A DNA stretch of 64,000 nucleotides from Verrucomicrobiales bacterium (GTDB lineage: Bacteria > Verrucomicrobiota > Verrucomicrobiia > Verrucomicrobiales > V1-33): assembly GCA_947460575.1 (NCBI GenBank), contig CANHIJ010000004.1, forward strand, positions 12,840-76,839. Reading direction: 5' to 3'. The notes below the pieces were generated by a model, which was not told where the DNA came from, did not search any database, and worked only from the letters and a program-made list of their open reading frames with translations. This document shows, one piece after another, positions 1-10,402 of this stretch (the first letter of the stretch is position 1; each line of letters begins with the position of its first letter). Position numbers and translations under genes: made by a program.

Positions 1-312
1 CTGGGTCACCGCGTGGTCGTAGTCGCTCAACAGGGGCAGCGCGATGCCCTCCTTCTGGGCCCAAGCGGCTTGAGCAAAGGGATTGTCCCCGCTGATCGCC
101 AACACCGTCGCATTCAAGCTGGTAAAACTGTTCAGGCTTCCCGTCACTTCGCAGAGTTCCGCGGTGCAGCCACCCGTAAAGGCCATCGGCACAAATAAGA
201 GCAGCGTGTTCGTCTTTCCCAACTGGGCGCTCAAGGCCACGTATTCCGGGCCCGCGGCCCCCAGAGTGGTAAGCTTAAAATCAGGAGCGGTGGTGCCAAC
301 TTGGAGTGCCAT
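1..312 (-). CDS. Peroxiredoxin (AhpC/TSA family, BCP/AhpE-like); runs off the window edge
   Basis: Not in ORF track. Manual translation from ATG at 312: MALQVGTTAPDFKL...LLFVPMAFTGGCTAELC...AISGDNPFAQAAW...LLSD, with the PxxxTxxC peroxidatic motif. Confidence 0.9.
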   Translation of the reverse strand, partial: MALQVGTTAPDFKLTTLGAAGPEYVALSAQLGKTNTLLLFVPMAFTGGCTAELCEVTGSLNSFTSLNATVLAISGDNPFAQAAWAQKEGIALPLLSDYDHAVTQ

Positions 313-423
313 GAGGTAGTGCAGAGTTTGAAGTTAGGGAAAATTCCGCCTGCCCGCGCAGCTGCGGGCCCCAAAAGGCCGGGACCGCGGAATCCTACCG
401 CCTACGCGACGCCAGGAGGCCGG

Positions 424-1887
424 TCAACCTTGTTTGGCAGCCGCCTCCGGCCGCATCCCAAAAACCCGCCGCAACACGGTGCGCGCCGCATGGTATCCGC
501 ACATCCCATGCACCCCCGCTCCCGGCGGAGTCGCACTCGAACAGTGAAATAGCTTGGGGTGCGGCGTGGTGTAGGGATTCCATCGCGCCACCGGCCGCGT
601 GAAAAGCTGCCGCCAATCCATCACCCCCCCAATCACATCGCCCCCTACATTGTTCGCATTGTACGCCTCCACCGCCCCCGGATCCATGGCGTGCGACGCC
701 AGCACGACATCCCGAAAACCAGGCGCAAAGCGCTCAATCTGATTCGCGATCACCTCCGCGTAGTTCTTGCGGCTCCCCGACGGCACGTGCGCATAAGCCC
801 ACAGCGTGTGCTGCCCGGCCGGGGCCCGCAGGGGATCGCATTCGCTCTGTTGCCCCACCAACACAAACGGTCGGTCGGTCTCCTGCCCTTCCCAAGTGGC
901 CCGCTCCGCCGCCGCCAGCTCCGCCATGGTCCCGCCCACGTGCACCGTGCCCGCCCGACGACACCACGGATTCAACCACGGCACGGGCTCGCTCAAGGCG
1001 TAGTCCATTTTGAAAACCCCCGGTCCATAGCGATAGCGCTCCAGGCGGCGACGGTACCCCAGGGGAAGCCAAGCCTGCGCCAGGCGCGCCACCGCCCGCG
1101 GCCCGGTGTCGCATAACACCGCCGCCGCTTCCGGCAACTCCCGCACATCCGACACCGTCACCCCACACCGCAATTCCCCACCCAAGGCCTCAAAATACCG
1201 CGCCATCGCCGAAGCGATCGCCCCGCTGCCACCCCGCGCCACCGGCCAGCCCCCCGCGTGTCCTGCCAGCCCCAAGGCCAAGCCCACCGCCGCGGTAAAA
1301 CTTCGCTCCAAGGGCAAAAAACTGTGCGCCCCATTCCCCACAAACAACGCCCGCGCCTCTTCCGAGCAAAACTTCCCCTTCGCCAAGCCCACCGCCGACC
1401 GCACCGCCCCCAGCCCAAACCGGGCCAGCGCCAGCGGTTCCCCCGGCCAGAGCGGCAAGGGCCCTAGCAGGTCAGCGAAAAGGCCCTCCGCCCGCGGCAC
1501 CAGCGGCTCCATGAGCCGCCGCCAGCGCGCCCCATCCCCCTGCGGCAGCGACTCCGCGGTCTCGTCCACGCTGCGCCACAGCCCCGCCGCCCGCCCTCCC
1601 GCCAGCGGATGCGCCAACAAAATCTCCGGGTGCACCCACTCCAACCCAAACTTCGCCAAGGGCAAGCCTCGCATAAAAGGCGACATCCCCGCCATCGGAT
1701 GCACCGCGCTGCAAATGTCGTGGACAAATCCTGGCCGGGTCAACTCCGCGCTGCGCATCCCCCCGCCCGGCGTATCCCGGGCCTCCACGATCAAAACCCG
1801 CAGGCCTTCCCGCGCCAGCGTGATCCCAGCCGCCATCCCATTGGGACCCGAGCCGACAATCACGGCGTCATAGTGAGGGGAAGACAT
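424..1887 (-). CDS. FAD/NAD(P)-dependent oxidoreductase, phytoene dehydrogenase-like family
   Basis: [11 protein letters not shown] dinucleotide motif, [10 protein letters not shown]-terminal [12 protein letters not shown]; start set at MSSPHYD. Confidence 0.85.
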   Translation of the reverse strand: MSSPHYDAVIVGSGPNGMAAGITLAREGLRVLIVEARDTPGGGMRSAELTRPGFVHDICSAVHPMAGMSPFMRGLPLAKFGLEWVHPEILLAHPLAGGRAAGLWRSVDETAESLPQGDGARWRRLMEPLVPRAEGLFADLLGPLPLWPGEPLALARFGLGAVRSAVGLAKGKFCSEEARALFVGNGAHSFLPLERSFTAAVGLALGLAGHAGGWPVARGGSGAIASAMARYFEALGGELRCGVTVSDVRELPEAAAVLCDTGPRAVARLAQAWLPLGYRRRLERYRYGPGVFKMDYALSEPVPWLNPWCRRAGTVHVGGTMAELAAAERATWEGQETDRPFVLVGQQSECDPLRAPAGQHTLWAYAHVPSGSRKNYAEVIANQIERFAPGFRDVVLASHAMDPGAVEAYNANNVGGDVIGGVMDWRQLFTRPVARWNPYTTPHPKLFHCSSATPPGAGVHGMCGYHAARTVLRRVFGMRPEAAAKQG

Positions 1888-2028
1888 GGCAAAAATAGTA
1901 TCAAAAAGCAACCTTGCCGAGGAAGGCCGCTTCAGGTTCAACTGTACAACGGAGCCGGGAACCCTCAGGTTGCTCAGCATTCCTCTCCCAGCCCGCTCCT
2001 CCATTCAACCCCACAACGCCACCCCATA

Positions 2029-3345
2029 ATGCAACGCCGCCGCTTCCTCACCTCCGCCGCCGCCCTCGCCGCCGCCCCCGCTTTTATTCCCAACCTCCGC
2101 GCCGCCTCCCCCAATGGTAAAGTGCGCCACGCCGCCTTCGGCGCCGGCGGCCAGGCCTTCTCCGACCTCAGCAGCTTTGCCCAAAGCCCCCACTTTGAAC
2201 TCGTCGCCGTCGCCGACATCGACACCGCCGCCTTCGAAGCCATCAAGGCCAAGTGGCCCCAAGCCAAGTTCTACCAAGACTGGCGCGAACTGCTCGAAAA
2301 AGAGTCCGACCAAATCGACTCCGTCAGCGTTTCCACCCCCGACCACATGCACGGCCCCATGGGTGCCGCCGCCCTCCGCGCCGGGAAACACCTCTACGGC
2401 CAAAAACCCCTCACCCAAAACCTCCGGGAGTGCCGCTTCATCACCGAATTGGCCCGCGCCAAAGGTGTCATGACCCAGATGGGGATTCAAATCTCCAGCA
2501 GCTTCACCGAGCGCTTCGCCGTCCGCCTCGTCCAAGACGGCGTCGTCGGCAAAATCAAAGAAGTCCACACCTTCAGCGCGAAACAATGGGGCGACCCCGA
2601 ACCCGTACCCCAGCGCGAAGACCCCATCCCCGCCACCCTCAACTGGGACAAGTGGCTCGGCGCCGCCGCCGCCCGCCCCTTCCTCAGCGGCTACTATCAT
2701 CCCGGCAACTGGCGCAAGCGCCGCGACTTCGGCACCGGCACCCTCGGCGACATGGGCTGCCACATGTTCAGCGGCTGGATGCGCGCCCTCGCCCTCACTA
2801 GCCCCATCACCGTCAAAAGCACCGGCCCCGCCCCCGGCCCCCATAACTGGGCCATCAACGGCCGCGTCGAATACCTCTTCCCCGGCACCGCCTACACCGC
2901 CGATAAAGAGGTCAAAGTCACCTGGACCGACGGCAATTCTCGTCCCCCCCAAGAAGTCGCTGACCTCGTCGGCGGCAAGCTCCCCGGCGAAGGCAGCCTC
3001 TACATCGGCACCGAGGGCGCCCTCCTCTGCGGACACATGAGTCGACCCCTCATCTACCCCTTGGAAAAAGGCAAAGGCTACAAGTTCCCCACCCTCGAAC
3101 CCCGCGACCACTACGTCGAATTCCTCGACTGCGTCCGCCAAGGCGGCGCTAAGCCCTCCGCCAACTTCGACTACGCCGGCCCCCTCACCGAAGCCGTCCT
3201 GCTCGGCTGCCTCTCCAGCCTCTTCCCCCAACAATCCCTCCAGTGGGATGCCGCCAACCTCACCTTCAAAAACTTCCCCAAGGCCAATCCCTTCGTCGGC
3301 CGCAGCTACCGCCCCGGCTGGGAAATCCCCGGCCTCTCCAGTTAG
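2029..3345 (+). CDS. Tat-exported Gfo/Idh/MocA oxidoreductase
   Basis: MQRRRFL twin-arginine signal, VSTPDHMH, QKPL, GTLGDMGCH. Confidence 0.9.
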   Translation: MQRRRFLTSAAALAAAPAFIPNLRAASPNGKVRHAAFGAGGQAFSDLSSFAQSPHFELVAVADIDTAAFEAIKAKWPQAKFYQDWRELLEKESDQIDSVSVSTPDHMHGPMGAAALRAGKHLYGQKPLTQNLRECRFITELARAKGVMTQMGIQISSSFTERFAVRLVQDGVVGKIKEVHTFSAKQWGDPEPVPQREDPIPATLNWDKWLGAAAARPFLSGYYHPGNWRKRRDFGTGTLGDMGCHMFSGWMRALALTSPITVKSTGPAPGPHNWAINGRVEYLFPGTAYTADKEVKVTWTDGNSRPPQEVADLVGGKLPGEGSLYIGTEGALLCGHMSRPLIYPLEKGKGYKFPTLEPRDHYVEFLDCVRQGGAKPSANFDYAGPLTEAVLLGCLSSLFPQQSLQWDAANLTFKNFPKANPFVGRSYRPGWEIPGLSS

Positions 3346-3471
3346 GCGCCGCGCGCCTTCCCCGCGCCTCACCCGCGCCTTCCCCGCGGCCCCCTCCCCA
3401 AGGGGCCCGGGGAAGGCTTTTGCACCGCCCCCGCGACCCCGTTGCCTTTTTCCTAGCTGCGCCCACCCGCC

Positions 3472-4830
3472 ATGCCCTCCGCCTCGCCTATCCGCCGCGC
3501 CCCCGCCCGGCTCGCCCTGGCCCTGATCGCCCTGGCCCTGCCCGCCGCCGCCGCGCCCCCGCCCGCTTCTTCTTACGTGGTCGTCGCCAAAAAATCGACC
3601 CTCGCCGACCCCGCGTGGCGCGAGGTGGTCAGCGCCCTTCAGGCCAAACACCGCGCCACCCTAGCCAGCTACGAGACCTCCGTCGACGAAGTCCTCCCCC
3701 CCCTGCAGCAGTCCTTTCCCCGCCACACCTGCTTCGTGACCCCGCCCGCCGAAGCCACCCGCGCGTTCGTCAGCCAAGTCCACCAACTCACCCGCCAACT
3801 CGACCGCGATATCTACACCGATACCCAATGGGGGATCCTTACTGGCTATGACGCCGCCGACGCCTTGGCCATCGCCCGCGAAAGCGCCCCCCTCATTGTA
3901 AATAAGGTCGGCGCCGCCACCCAATTCGCCTTGGACATGGTCGACGAAGGCCTCTGGTACGACGAACTCGTCCCCCAAAAAATGGTCCGCAAACCAAAAG
4001 GCCAATTCCCCGAGACGACCCAAGTCCCCCCCGATACCACCAAAGCCCTCGTCGATACCCTCAACCAATACCGCCCGGATTGCTTCATCACCTCCGGCCA
4101 CGCCACCGAGCGCGACTGGCAAATCGGCTTCGCCTACCCCAACGGTTCCTTCCGCAGCCAACGCGGGCAACTCTTTGGTTCCGATACCCAAAACCGCCGC
4201 TTCGACGTCGCCTCCGCCAACCCCAAAGTATACCTCGCCGTCGGCAATTGCCTCATGGGTCACATCGACGACCGCGAAGCCATGGCCCTCGCCTGGATGC
4301 ACAGCGCCGGAGTTCGCCAAATGATCGGCTATACCGTCACCACCTGGTTCGGCTACGCCGGCTGGGGCTGCCTCGACTATTTCATCGAACAACCCGGCCG
4401 CTACACCCTAGCGGAATCGTTTTTTGCCAATCACCACGCCCTGATCCACCTCCTCAGCCAGGCCCCCTCTCCCGGCCTCCAGCACGACCGCGACGTTCTC
4501 GCCTTCTACGGCGACCCCAAGTGGGAGGCCCGCCTCGCCGACCGCCCCAAGGCCTGGGAGCAATCCCTGCGCGAAGACCACGGCACCTACACCTTCGAAA
4601 TCAAACCCAACCGCGGCCCCGCCAGCTTCCAACCCATCGACACCAACGGCTCCCAGCGCGGCGGGCGCCCCTTCATCGCCTTCTTCCCCCAGCGCCTCCA
4701 AACCGCCGAAATCATCCGCGGCGCCGACCTCCAACCCGTTATCGCCGACGACTTCATCCTCGTCCCCAACCCCAAGGCCTGCGACCCCAACCGCAGCTAT
4801 CAGGTAGTCTTCAAGGCCCTACCCCAGTAA
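3472..4830 (+). CDS. Secreted protein, putative clan CD (gingipain/C25-like) cysteine peptidase
   Basis: Signal peptide; ITSGHA and AVGNCLMG His/Cys after hydrophobic strands; FYGDP motif. Confidence 0.55.
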   Translation: MPSASPIRRAPARLALALIALALPAAAAPPPASSYVVVAKKSTLADPAWREVVSALQAKHRATLASYETSVDEVLPPLQQSFPRHTCFVTPPAEATRAFVSQVHQLTRQLDRDIYTDTQWGILTGYDAADALAIARESAPLIVNKVGAATQFALDMVDEGLWYDELVPQKMVRKPKGQFPETTQVPPDTTKALVDTLNQYRPDCFITSGHATERDWQIGFAYPNGSFRSQRGQLFGSDTQNRRFDVASANPKVYLAVGNCLMGHIDDREAMALAWMHSAGVRQMIGYTVTTWFGYAGWGCLDYFIEQPGRYTLAESFFANHHALIHLLSQAPSPGLQHDRDVLAFYGDPKWEARLADRPKAWEQSLREDHGTYTFEIKPNRGPASFQPIDTNGSQRGGRPFIAFFPQRLQTAEIIRGADLQPVIADDFILVPNPKACDPNRSYQVVFKALPQ

Positions 4831-4920
4831 TCCTAGCGCGCGCGGCCCAATTTATCCCTGCCGCCGAGCCCCAGCGCGGCGCGGCAAGCCCCAATTCCCG
4901 CCCGCCGCGCCCGCCCCCGC

Positions 4921-7473
4921 TCAGCCGCCTTCCTGAGCCGCCCCCGCCTCCTCCAGGAGCACGACCCGCCCGCGGGTGCCATCGACGCGCACCCGACAGC
5001 CGTTAGTGAGCCGCGAGAGGCATTCGCGCACCGACATGGCGGCCGGAATGCGCATCTCTCGCGCCGTCACCGCACCGTGGGACAAGGGCCCGCCACTTTC
5101 CGTGATCAAAGCCCGCGCCGTGTAAAACAACGGGGTCCAGGCCGGATTCGTAGTGCGCGCCACCAAAATGCCCCCGCGCGGAAAGCCCGCGAAGTCCTGC
5201 GGCCCAGAAACGATATACACCGTTCCCTCCGCCACCCCAGGGCTGCCGGGAAGTCCAGCCATTTCCGTGCCCGCCTCTAGCGGAGCGTAGCTGGCGGCGG
5301 CGGCCTCCGGCACCCAGCCGGGCGCCTGGCTTCGCGCCGCTTCCCAGGATTGCTTTTCGGCCGCCACTGCGCTGGCGAAGGCCTGCCATTTGACCCGGCT
5401 GTCGGCTGCAATCGCGGCCTCAATCTCCGCCGCGCGGGCAAAAAAGATATCCATCGGCTGCTCCAAAATGCCGCGCTCCACCAGCCGCTGGCCCAGCGCC
5501 TTCAAGCCCTTGCGCAGGGGCATCGCCAGCCGCGTCGTTTGATAGTGTTCCAGGTCGTCCAGCCCGGTGTAGACCCGGGCCAGGCGGATCAACTCGTGCA
5601 TGAAAAAGTGCAGCTCCCCGGGCAGCCGCTGGAAGAGGGAAAACTCGGCCGCCTGGGACCGCATCTTTAGCTCCCGCTCCCGCTGCGAGGGCGTGAGATC
5701 CCCCGGAGCATCCAAAATCAGCCGCACCTGGTCCAGCGCTACCCACGGCACCTCGGCCCACAGCGGTTGATAGGGATCAAAGTCGATCTCGCGGTGCCCG
5801 TGGTTGCGCATCATCAACAGAAAGCGCTGGTGAAAGCTGCTGTGCTCCCGCGCTAACAAGCCACTATCCCAGAGCTCCCGACTGCCGTCGGCGCCGTGGA
5901 TCCGCTCCGCCAGCAGCGGCTCGGCGCGCACCATCTCCGCGAGCTCATATAGCTCCTTGTTGATCGTCCCCGTCTTGGTCTCGCAAAACGCCAACAAGCC
6001 GTCCATCAAAGGCGCGATCTCATCCGGCCCAAACAACTCGCGCAGCAAAAAATGCAGCACCTTGTACAGGATCCCCTGGGTCACCGAAATAGCGATGTTA
6101 GGCAAGAAATACTGGCTCCCGTGGGCGTTGATTTCCTGCACAAAATGCCACAGCCCCGCGATCGATTTGTTGTCCACCGGCTCCGCCATGAACTCGCCCA
6201 GCCGTATCAGATAGTAATCTAGGTCGCGCGACCAATGCACCGGCAATTCTTGGACCCAGCGAAACTGCTCCCGCAGGTGCGGAATCAAAGTCGGCAAATC
6301 CTCCAGTGAAGTAAGGGTAAAGGGAAAGCGCCGCGCATAGATGTCGACCGCATTTTGATTCCCATAAATGTAGTGCCCGTGCTTGCCGAACCACTCGCCG
6401 GAAAAGGGCGGAAAGTTCATCAGGCGGAACGAGTGGGCCATCGATAGGTGGAAGCCGCGGTTTACGAAATCCCAGGTCAAGGGCGTGATGACGTTGGGAA
6501 AACGCTCCGCCGATTCATCGCGCGTCCAGCGCGGGGGAATCGTGGTGATCGGCCGCGATTGCAGCAGCACCAACCGCTCCCCAACCAGGCCCCACTCGAT
6601 GTCCTGGGGGAAGCGAAACCAGTTCTCCACCCGCTGCAGCAAGCCGTTGATGGCCCCAATCTGCCCCGGGTGCAAAACCGAAGCCGCGCCCGCGCCGTCC
6701 GCAATGGCCTCGTCCTCGGTGCCGCCTCCCGCCGCCGCCACCGTGCGCAGCGTTTTGTGCGCGATCGTCGACGAAACCACCACCCCCGTGGCCTTTTCCA
6801 CCTCCCAGTGGTCGACCTCGCAGGAGCCGCTAACCACGGATTCGCCGAGGCCGTAGTTGGCGTCAATCACCGCGACACCCAGGTCCCCGGTAATCGGGTT
6901 CATGCTAAAAGCGACCCCCGCCGCGTCGCAGGACGCCATCTCCTGCACCACCACCGCCATGTGCGCCGCCGTGTGATCGCAGCCGTGCCGGTGGCGATAG
7001 GCAATCGCCCGGTCGTGCCAAATCGAAAGAAAACAATCGCGCACCGCCGCCAGCACCGCCGCCGCATCGGGGCAGCTCAGAAAGGTGTCGTGCTGCCCCG
7101 CAAAGGCGGCGTTGGGAAGGTCTTCCATCGTCGATGACGAGCGCACCGCAAAGCGCGTCCCCACCGGCCAGGCCGCCAGCGCCGCCCGCACTTCTGCTTC
7201 CAAGGAGAGCGGCAGCGGCACCTCGCCGAGCCGCTTCCGCAAGCGCGCCGCCGCCTCCGCCAGCGCCGCGGGGTCGTCCACTGGCAGTTGCCCCACCGCC
7301 TCCCGCCAACCCTCAGACCCATCGAGCCACTCGCGATACGTGGCCGCAATCACGATGAAGCCGGGCGGAACATCGAACTTCCCGGAAGTAAGGAGCGCCA
7401 GGTTAGCGCCCTTGCCGCCGGTGTAGGCCGCCTGGGCGGCGAGGGGTTCATGGAAGTGGAGGATTCGTTTCAT
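4921..7473 (-). CDS. PEP-synthase-like dikinase (ATP-grasp + central substrate domain + swivelling phospho-His domain), rifampin phosphotransferase-like architecture
   Basis: GGKGANL, AVRSS..ED...FAGQHDT, DIEW, LQSRPIT; C-terminal GGPLSHGAVTARE; no PEP/pyruvate TIM barrel. Confidence 0.85.
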   Translation of the reverse strand: MKRILHFHEPLAAQAAYTGGKGANLALLTSGKFDVPPGFIVIAATYREWLDGSEGWREAVGQLPVDDPAALAEAAARLRKRLGEVPLPLSLEAEVRAALAAWPVGTRFAVRSSSTMEDLPNAAFAGQHDTFLSCPDAAAVLAAVRDCFLSIWHDRAIAYRHRHGCDHTAAHMAVVVQEMASCDAAGVAFSMNPITGDLGVAVIDANYGLGESVVSGSCEVDHWEVEKATGVVVSSTIAHKTLRTVAAAGGGTEDEAIADGAGAASVLHPGQIGAINGLLQRVENWFRFPQDIEWGLVGERLVLLQSRPITTIPPRWTRDESAERFPNVITPLTWDFVNRGFHLSMAHSFRLMNFPPFSGEWFGKHGHYIYGNQNAVDIYARRFPFTLTSLEDLPTLIPHLREQFRWVQELPVHWSRDLDYYLIRLGEFMAEPVDNKSIAGLWHFVQEINAHGSQYFLPNIAISVTQGILYKVLHFLLRELFGPDEIAPLMDGLLAFCETKTGTINKELYELAEMVRAEPLLAERIHGADGSRELWDSGLLAREHSSFHQRFLLMMRNHGHREIDFDPYQPLWAEVPWVALDQVRLILDAPGDLTPSQRERELKMRSQAAEFSLFQRLPGELHFFMHELIRLARVYTGLDDLEHYQTTRLAMPLRKGLKALGQRLVERGILEQPMDIFFARAAEIEAAIAADSRVKWQAFASAVAAEKQSWEAARSQAPGWVPEAAAASYAPLEAGTEMAGLPGSPGVAEGTVYIVSGPQDFAGFPRGGILVARTTNPAWTPLFYTARALITESGGPLSHGAVTAREMRIPAAMSVRECLSRLTNGCRVRVDGTRGRVVLLEEAGAAQEGG

Positions 7474-8311
7474 AAGTTTTAGGAAAATAGGTCAGGGCGA
7501 GGCCGATCCCCGCCAGCAGTAACCCAGCTAGGACATCGATCGCATAGTGGTAACGAAGATAAAGCGTGGCCACGCCGAGCCCCGCCGCGGGAAGCAGCAG
7601 GGCCCAAAACAACCGTCGGCGGCCCCGCCACAGCGAGCCCATCAGAAATGCCGTAACCGCGACGTGCAAGCTGGGGAACACATCGACCCCGTTGCTGCCC
7701 CCGGCCACCAAGGCGGCGTTGGCGCGGGTGATCCATCCCCCCGTGAGGGGAACCGCAAAGACCTCCGGCATCGCCAGGTGCGGCCCCGCCGCTGGCACCA
7801 AGGTGTAGCCGAGAAAACCCAGCCCGTACACGCTGATCAACCCATTAAAAAGCCGCGCCCCCTGCGGCACCGGCCGCCGCACCGCCACCCCAAAAGCCGC
7901 CAGGACCCCAAAGAAAAACAGCAAGTAACAGGCACTGAGAAATTCCGTTAGAACCGGCCCCGTCCACGCCCCCAGCAGCACCGCCGGCGTCTCTCCCAAC
8001 AGCGCCCGGTCACTTTGCAGCAACCGCGCGTCCCAACTCTTGCCCCCGAGGTGCTGCATCACCGCTCCCAGCTGCGGATAGGCAGTGTTCACCAGCACTG
8101 GCAAAAGAGCTAGGCGGACGCGCTCCATGGCCACCGTCGGCCACCGCGCCGCCAACTGCGCCCCCGCCACCAAGACCCCAGCCATTCCCGCAAAACTCAG
8201 GCCCAGACTTCCCGCCCCGCCCGCCGCCCACAACCGCCCCGCGGTGATCGCCAAAAAGGCCCCAAAAATCACCTCGTGGACCCGCAGGGATGGCCGCGCC
8301 AGCATTTTCAT
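7448..8311 (-). CDS. PAP2-superfamily membrane phosphotransferase/phosphatase, Aur1/IPC-synthase-like
   Basis: Multiple TM segments, PAAGP, FPSLH and RYHYAID motifs. Confidence 0.8.
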   Translation of the reverse strand: MKMLARPSLRVHEVIFGAFLAITAGRLWAAGGAGSLGLSFAGMAGVLVAGAQLAARWPTVAMERVRLALLPVLVNTAYPQLGAVMQHLGGKSWDARLLQSDRALLGETPAVLLGAWTGPVLTEFLSACYLLFFFGVLAAFGVAVRRPVPQGARLFNGLISVYGLGFLGYTLVPAAGPHLAMPEVFAVPLTGGWITRANAALVAGGSNGVDVFPSLHVAVTAFLMGSLWRGRRRLFWALLLPAAGLGVATLYLRYHYAIDVLAGLLLAGIGLALTYFPKTYETNPPLP

Positions 8312-9483
8312 ATCCGGGGAATCTTAAGGGCTGCCAGCACCAACTGGTGCACCGCCAGGGCCTCGGCGCGGAGGTCCCGGTGAAAGGTTCCGTTCCAGGC
8401 CACCACGGCGAGTTTTTTGAGCCGATACCACCCGCGGACCCCGATCCAAGTGAGGGCTAGATAGGCCCAGAGCAATCCGCCGGATCCCAGCGCCGCCGCC
8501 AGCAGCACCCAACCGCCCGCCCACAACATCAGCAGCGGCGCCCCCACCAAAATGCGCCACAGGGCGATGACATTGGCATCGTCGGGAAAGCGCTTTCCCG
8601 CCCACCACCCCGCCGCCAGCGGCGGGAGATTCAACAGCGCCCCAGCCAAAACCGGCAGCCCCCCTAAAAAAGTAAGCAGGAGGTAGGCCCAGGGCCTGCG
8701 CAGTGGAAATAAGGGTACCCCCTGATGCCGCCATAGGCGGCGGCCGACCGCCTTGCGCTCCAAGGCTTCCCAGGCTGCCACCGCCTCCGCAGGCAGCCCC
8801 CCCTCAAAGGCTTTCAAGGCCGCAAAGTACCCCTGCGCCGTCCCTAGCGTCGCCAAGTAGGCGAACTTTTGCCCTAAATCTTGGCTCGCCTCATCCGCAA
8901 AATTGCAGCCCACCTCCTCCAGGGCCCGACTGAAGCGCGCCTTGACCTCCCCAAACCGCTGGCCCGGCTCCAAGCGCAACGGTGGCCCCATCACTACCTC
9001 CACCCGCGAGCGAAACGCCCAGGGGCACTCGTAGTGAATCCCCAGCGCCACCGCCGACAGCGGGCGCCCCGATTCCAGATAGCGCAGGGCAATCCGCGCC
9101 GCCCCGCTCTTGAACGGCAGGTGCCGCGGGCCCAGTTGGCTCGTCCCCTCGGGAAAAACCCCCAGTCGCCCCCCCCCTTGCAAATAATCGGCGCAGGTCT
9201 CGACCAATTGAAGGCTGTCCCCGCGCGACCCGCCGTCCGCGCTGCGCACCACTTCCACGCCCTCAAAGAAAATCTTGCCCAGGCCGCGCCGCAGCGATGC
9301 CTTCAACATAAAAGTGAGCCCCGAGATGGCCCCGCTGTAGACAAACCCGTCCACCGCGCCGTTGCGGTGCAGGCAAAGCACCAGCAGCGGGCCCTCCGCC
9401 GGAACGTGCTCCCCCCCAGTCACCGCAATGCGGCTGTAAAATAACTCGCGGATGTACCGGTGAAAAAAGGGGTGCCATTTCAT
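8308..9483 (-). CDS. Glycerolipid acyltransferase (LPLAT family) with C-terminal TM helices
   Basis: HRNGAVD (Hx5D), FPEGTS, PFKSGAARIAL; start set at MKWHPFF. Confidence 0.8.
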   Translation of the reverse strand: MKWHPFFHRYIRELFYSRIAVTGGEHVPAEGPLLVLCLHRNGAVDGFVYSGAISGLTFMLKASLRRGLGKIFFEGVEVVRSADGGSRGDSLQLVETCADYLQGGGRLGVFPEGTSQLGPRHLPFKSGAARIALRYLESGRPLSAVALGIHYECPWAFRSRVEVVMGPPLRLEPGQRFGEVKARFSRALEEVGCNFADEASQDLGQKFAYLATLGTAQGYFAALKAFEGGLPAEAVAAWEALERKAVGRRLWRHQGVPLFPLRRPWAYLLLTFLGGLPVLAGALLNLPPLAAGWWAGKRFPDDANVIALWRILVGAPLLMLWAGGWVLLAAALGSGGLLWAYLALTWIGVRGWYRLKKLAVVAWNGTFHRDLRAEALAVHQLVLAALKIPRI

Positions 9484-9830
9484 CGGCAGGCAGGTCAGTA
9501 AAAACGGGCAGGGAGCGGGCCGACGCCACCAGGTGATGGCGCGGTGCATTTTTCATCCCTAATTCTAATCCAAAACTGCGGAATGGATAGACCTTTTGTA
9601 AAGCCAACCCGCGCCCCGCGGCTGGGGGCCCCTTCGCGGCTTTTGGCGCGGGGGGCACCAAAAGGTCGGCGCCCCGCACCTTGGCCGCCCCCATTTATCC
9701 TAAAAACGGGAGTTGCCTATCGCATTCGGCGGGCGCGCGGCGCTGGCGCCGGAGGCTTCCTCTTCGCGCGTGGGTTTTTGAGGGGCTGCCCCGCTGGCAC
9801 CCCTGGCGAATTATCTGATTCTCCGGTAGG

Positions 9831-9916
9831 GCGCCCCTACAGGGCTCCCATTCCTTTTTGTGCTGAGAAAACCCAGGGCGTGGCCCTGAGCTATCGCATT
9901 TTGCCCCGTTGGGGCG
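9831..9916 (+). repeat. REP-like triple-hairpin palindrome, family 1
   Basis: GCCCCTACAGGGC...CCCAGGGCGTGGCCCTGAG...GCCCCGTTGGGGC. Confidence 0.75.
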
Positions 9917-10096
9917 CAGAAGTCCAGGGCATGGCCCGGTGCTTGAGCTGACGTGACCGCCAGAAGTCCTTTTTGCCACATTGCGAGTATTGAGGATCAG
10001 TGCATTACGAATGCCAGAATGGCCCTTGGGGGACTTTTTGCGGTGACATCAGGGCGGCGCGGTAGTATCTTGGTGCGCCCCATAGGCGCCGATTTT

Positions 10097-10189
10097 GCGC
10101 GCCAACGGCGCGGCCTACGCCAGCCCAGGGCAACGCCCTGGGACTCGAGCCCAAAAGAACCCCGAGCCCTGATGGGACGGCCTAATCGG
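10097..10189 (-). repeat. REP-like palindrome, family 1, inverted copy
   Basis: CAGCCCAGGGCAACGCCCTGGG...GAGCCCTGATGGG...CCTAATCGG; near reverse complement of 46042-46135. Confidence 0.75.
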
Positions 10190-10402
10190 CGGGCCCCATC
10201 GCACACTTTTTCATGACATTTCCGCGTTGTGGGGTGGCCCCGCCCGCCGGGTGGGTCCACCGCCCACGATGCGGCGGGGGCTTTGGACCGCGCAAAGGAC
10301 TCACCCAATGGGTGAAACTCCTGAGGCCAAAGAAAACGGCTCATCCCCCGTCCTTATCAAGAAAAAGGGCCCCCAGTCAGCTTGCAACTTCCGGTTTTAG
10401 TT

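Larger units (their letters stand above)
9698..10402 (+). mobile_element. MITE-like element, copy A, containing an inverted pair of REP-like palindromes
   Basis: Left end TCCTAAAAACGGGAGTTGC (9698-9716) and right end GCAACTTCCGGTTTTAGTT (10384-10402), 15/19 complementary; TTA on both flanks; termini homologous to copies at 46.4-47.0 and 54.1-54.9 kb. Confidence 0.7.

Noticed and set aside
424-1887. crtI / carotenoid cluster
   Set aside because: No crtB/crtE neighbours; motifs fit the broader phytoene-dehydrogenase-like oxidoreductases
2005-3651. Long antisense and alternate-frame ORFs throughout the window (e.g. 2005-3651, 14959-16026, 16255-17334, 30925-31977)
   Set aside because: Shadows of well-supported genes in high-GC DNA; low-complexity translations with no motifs
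4921-7473. Calling the dikinase ppsA or a rifampin-resistance gene (rph)
   Set aside because: It lacks the PEP-synthase TIM barrel; the RPH architecture is shared by many enzymes, no rifampin-associated palindrome was seen upstream, and the context is lipid-related
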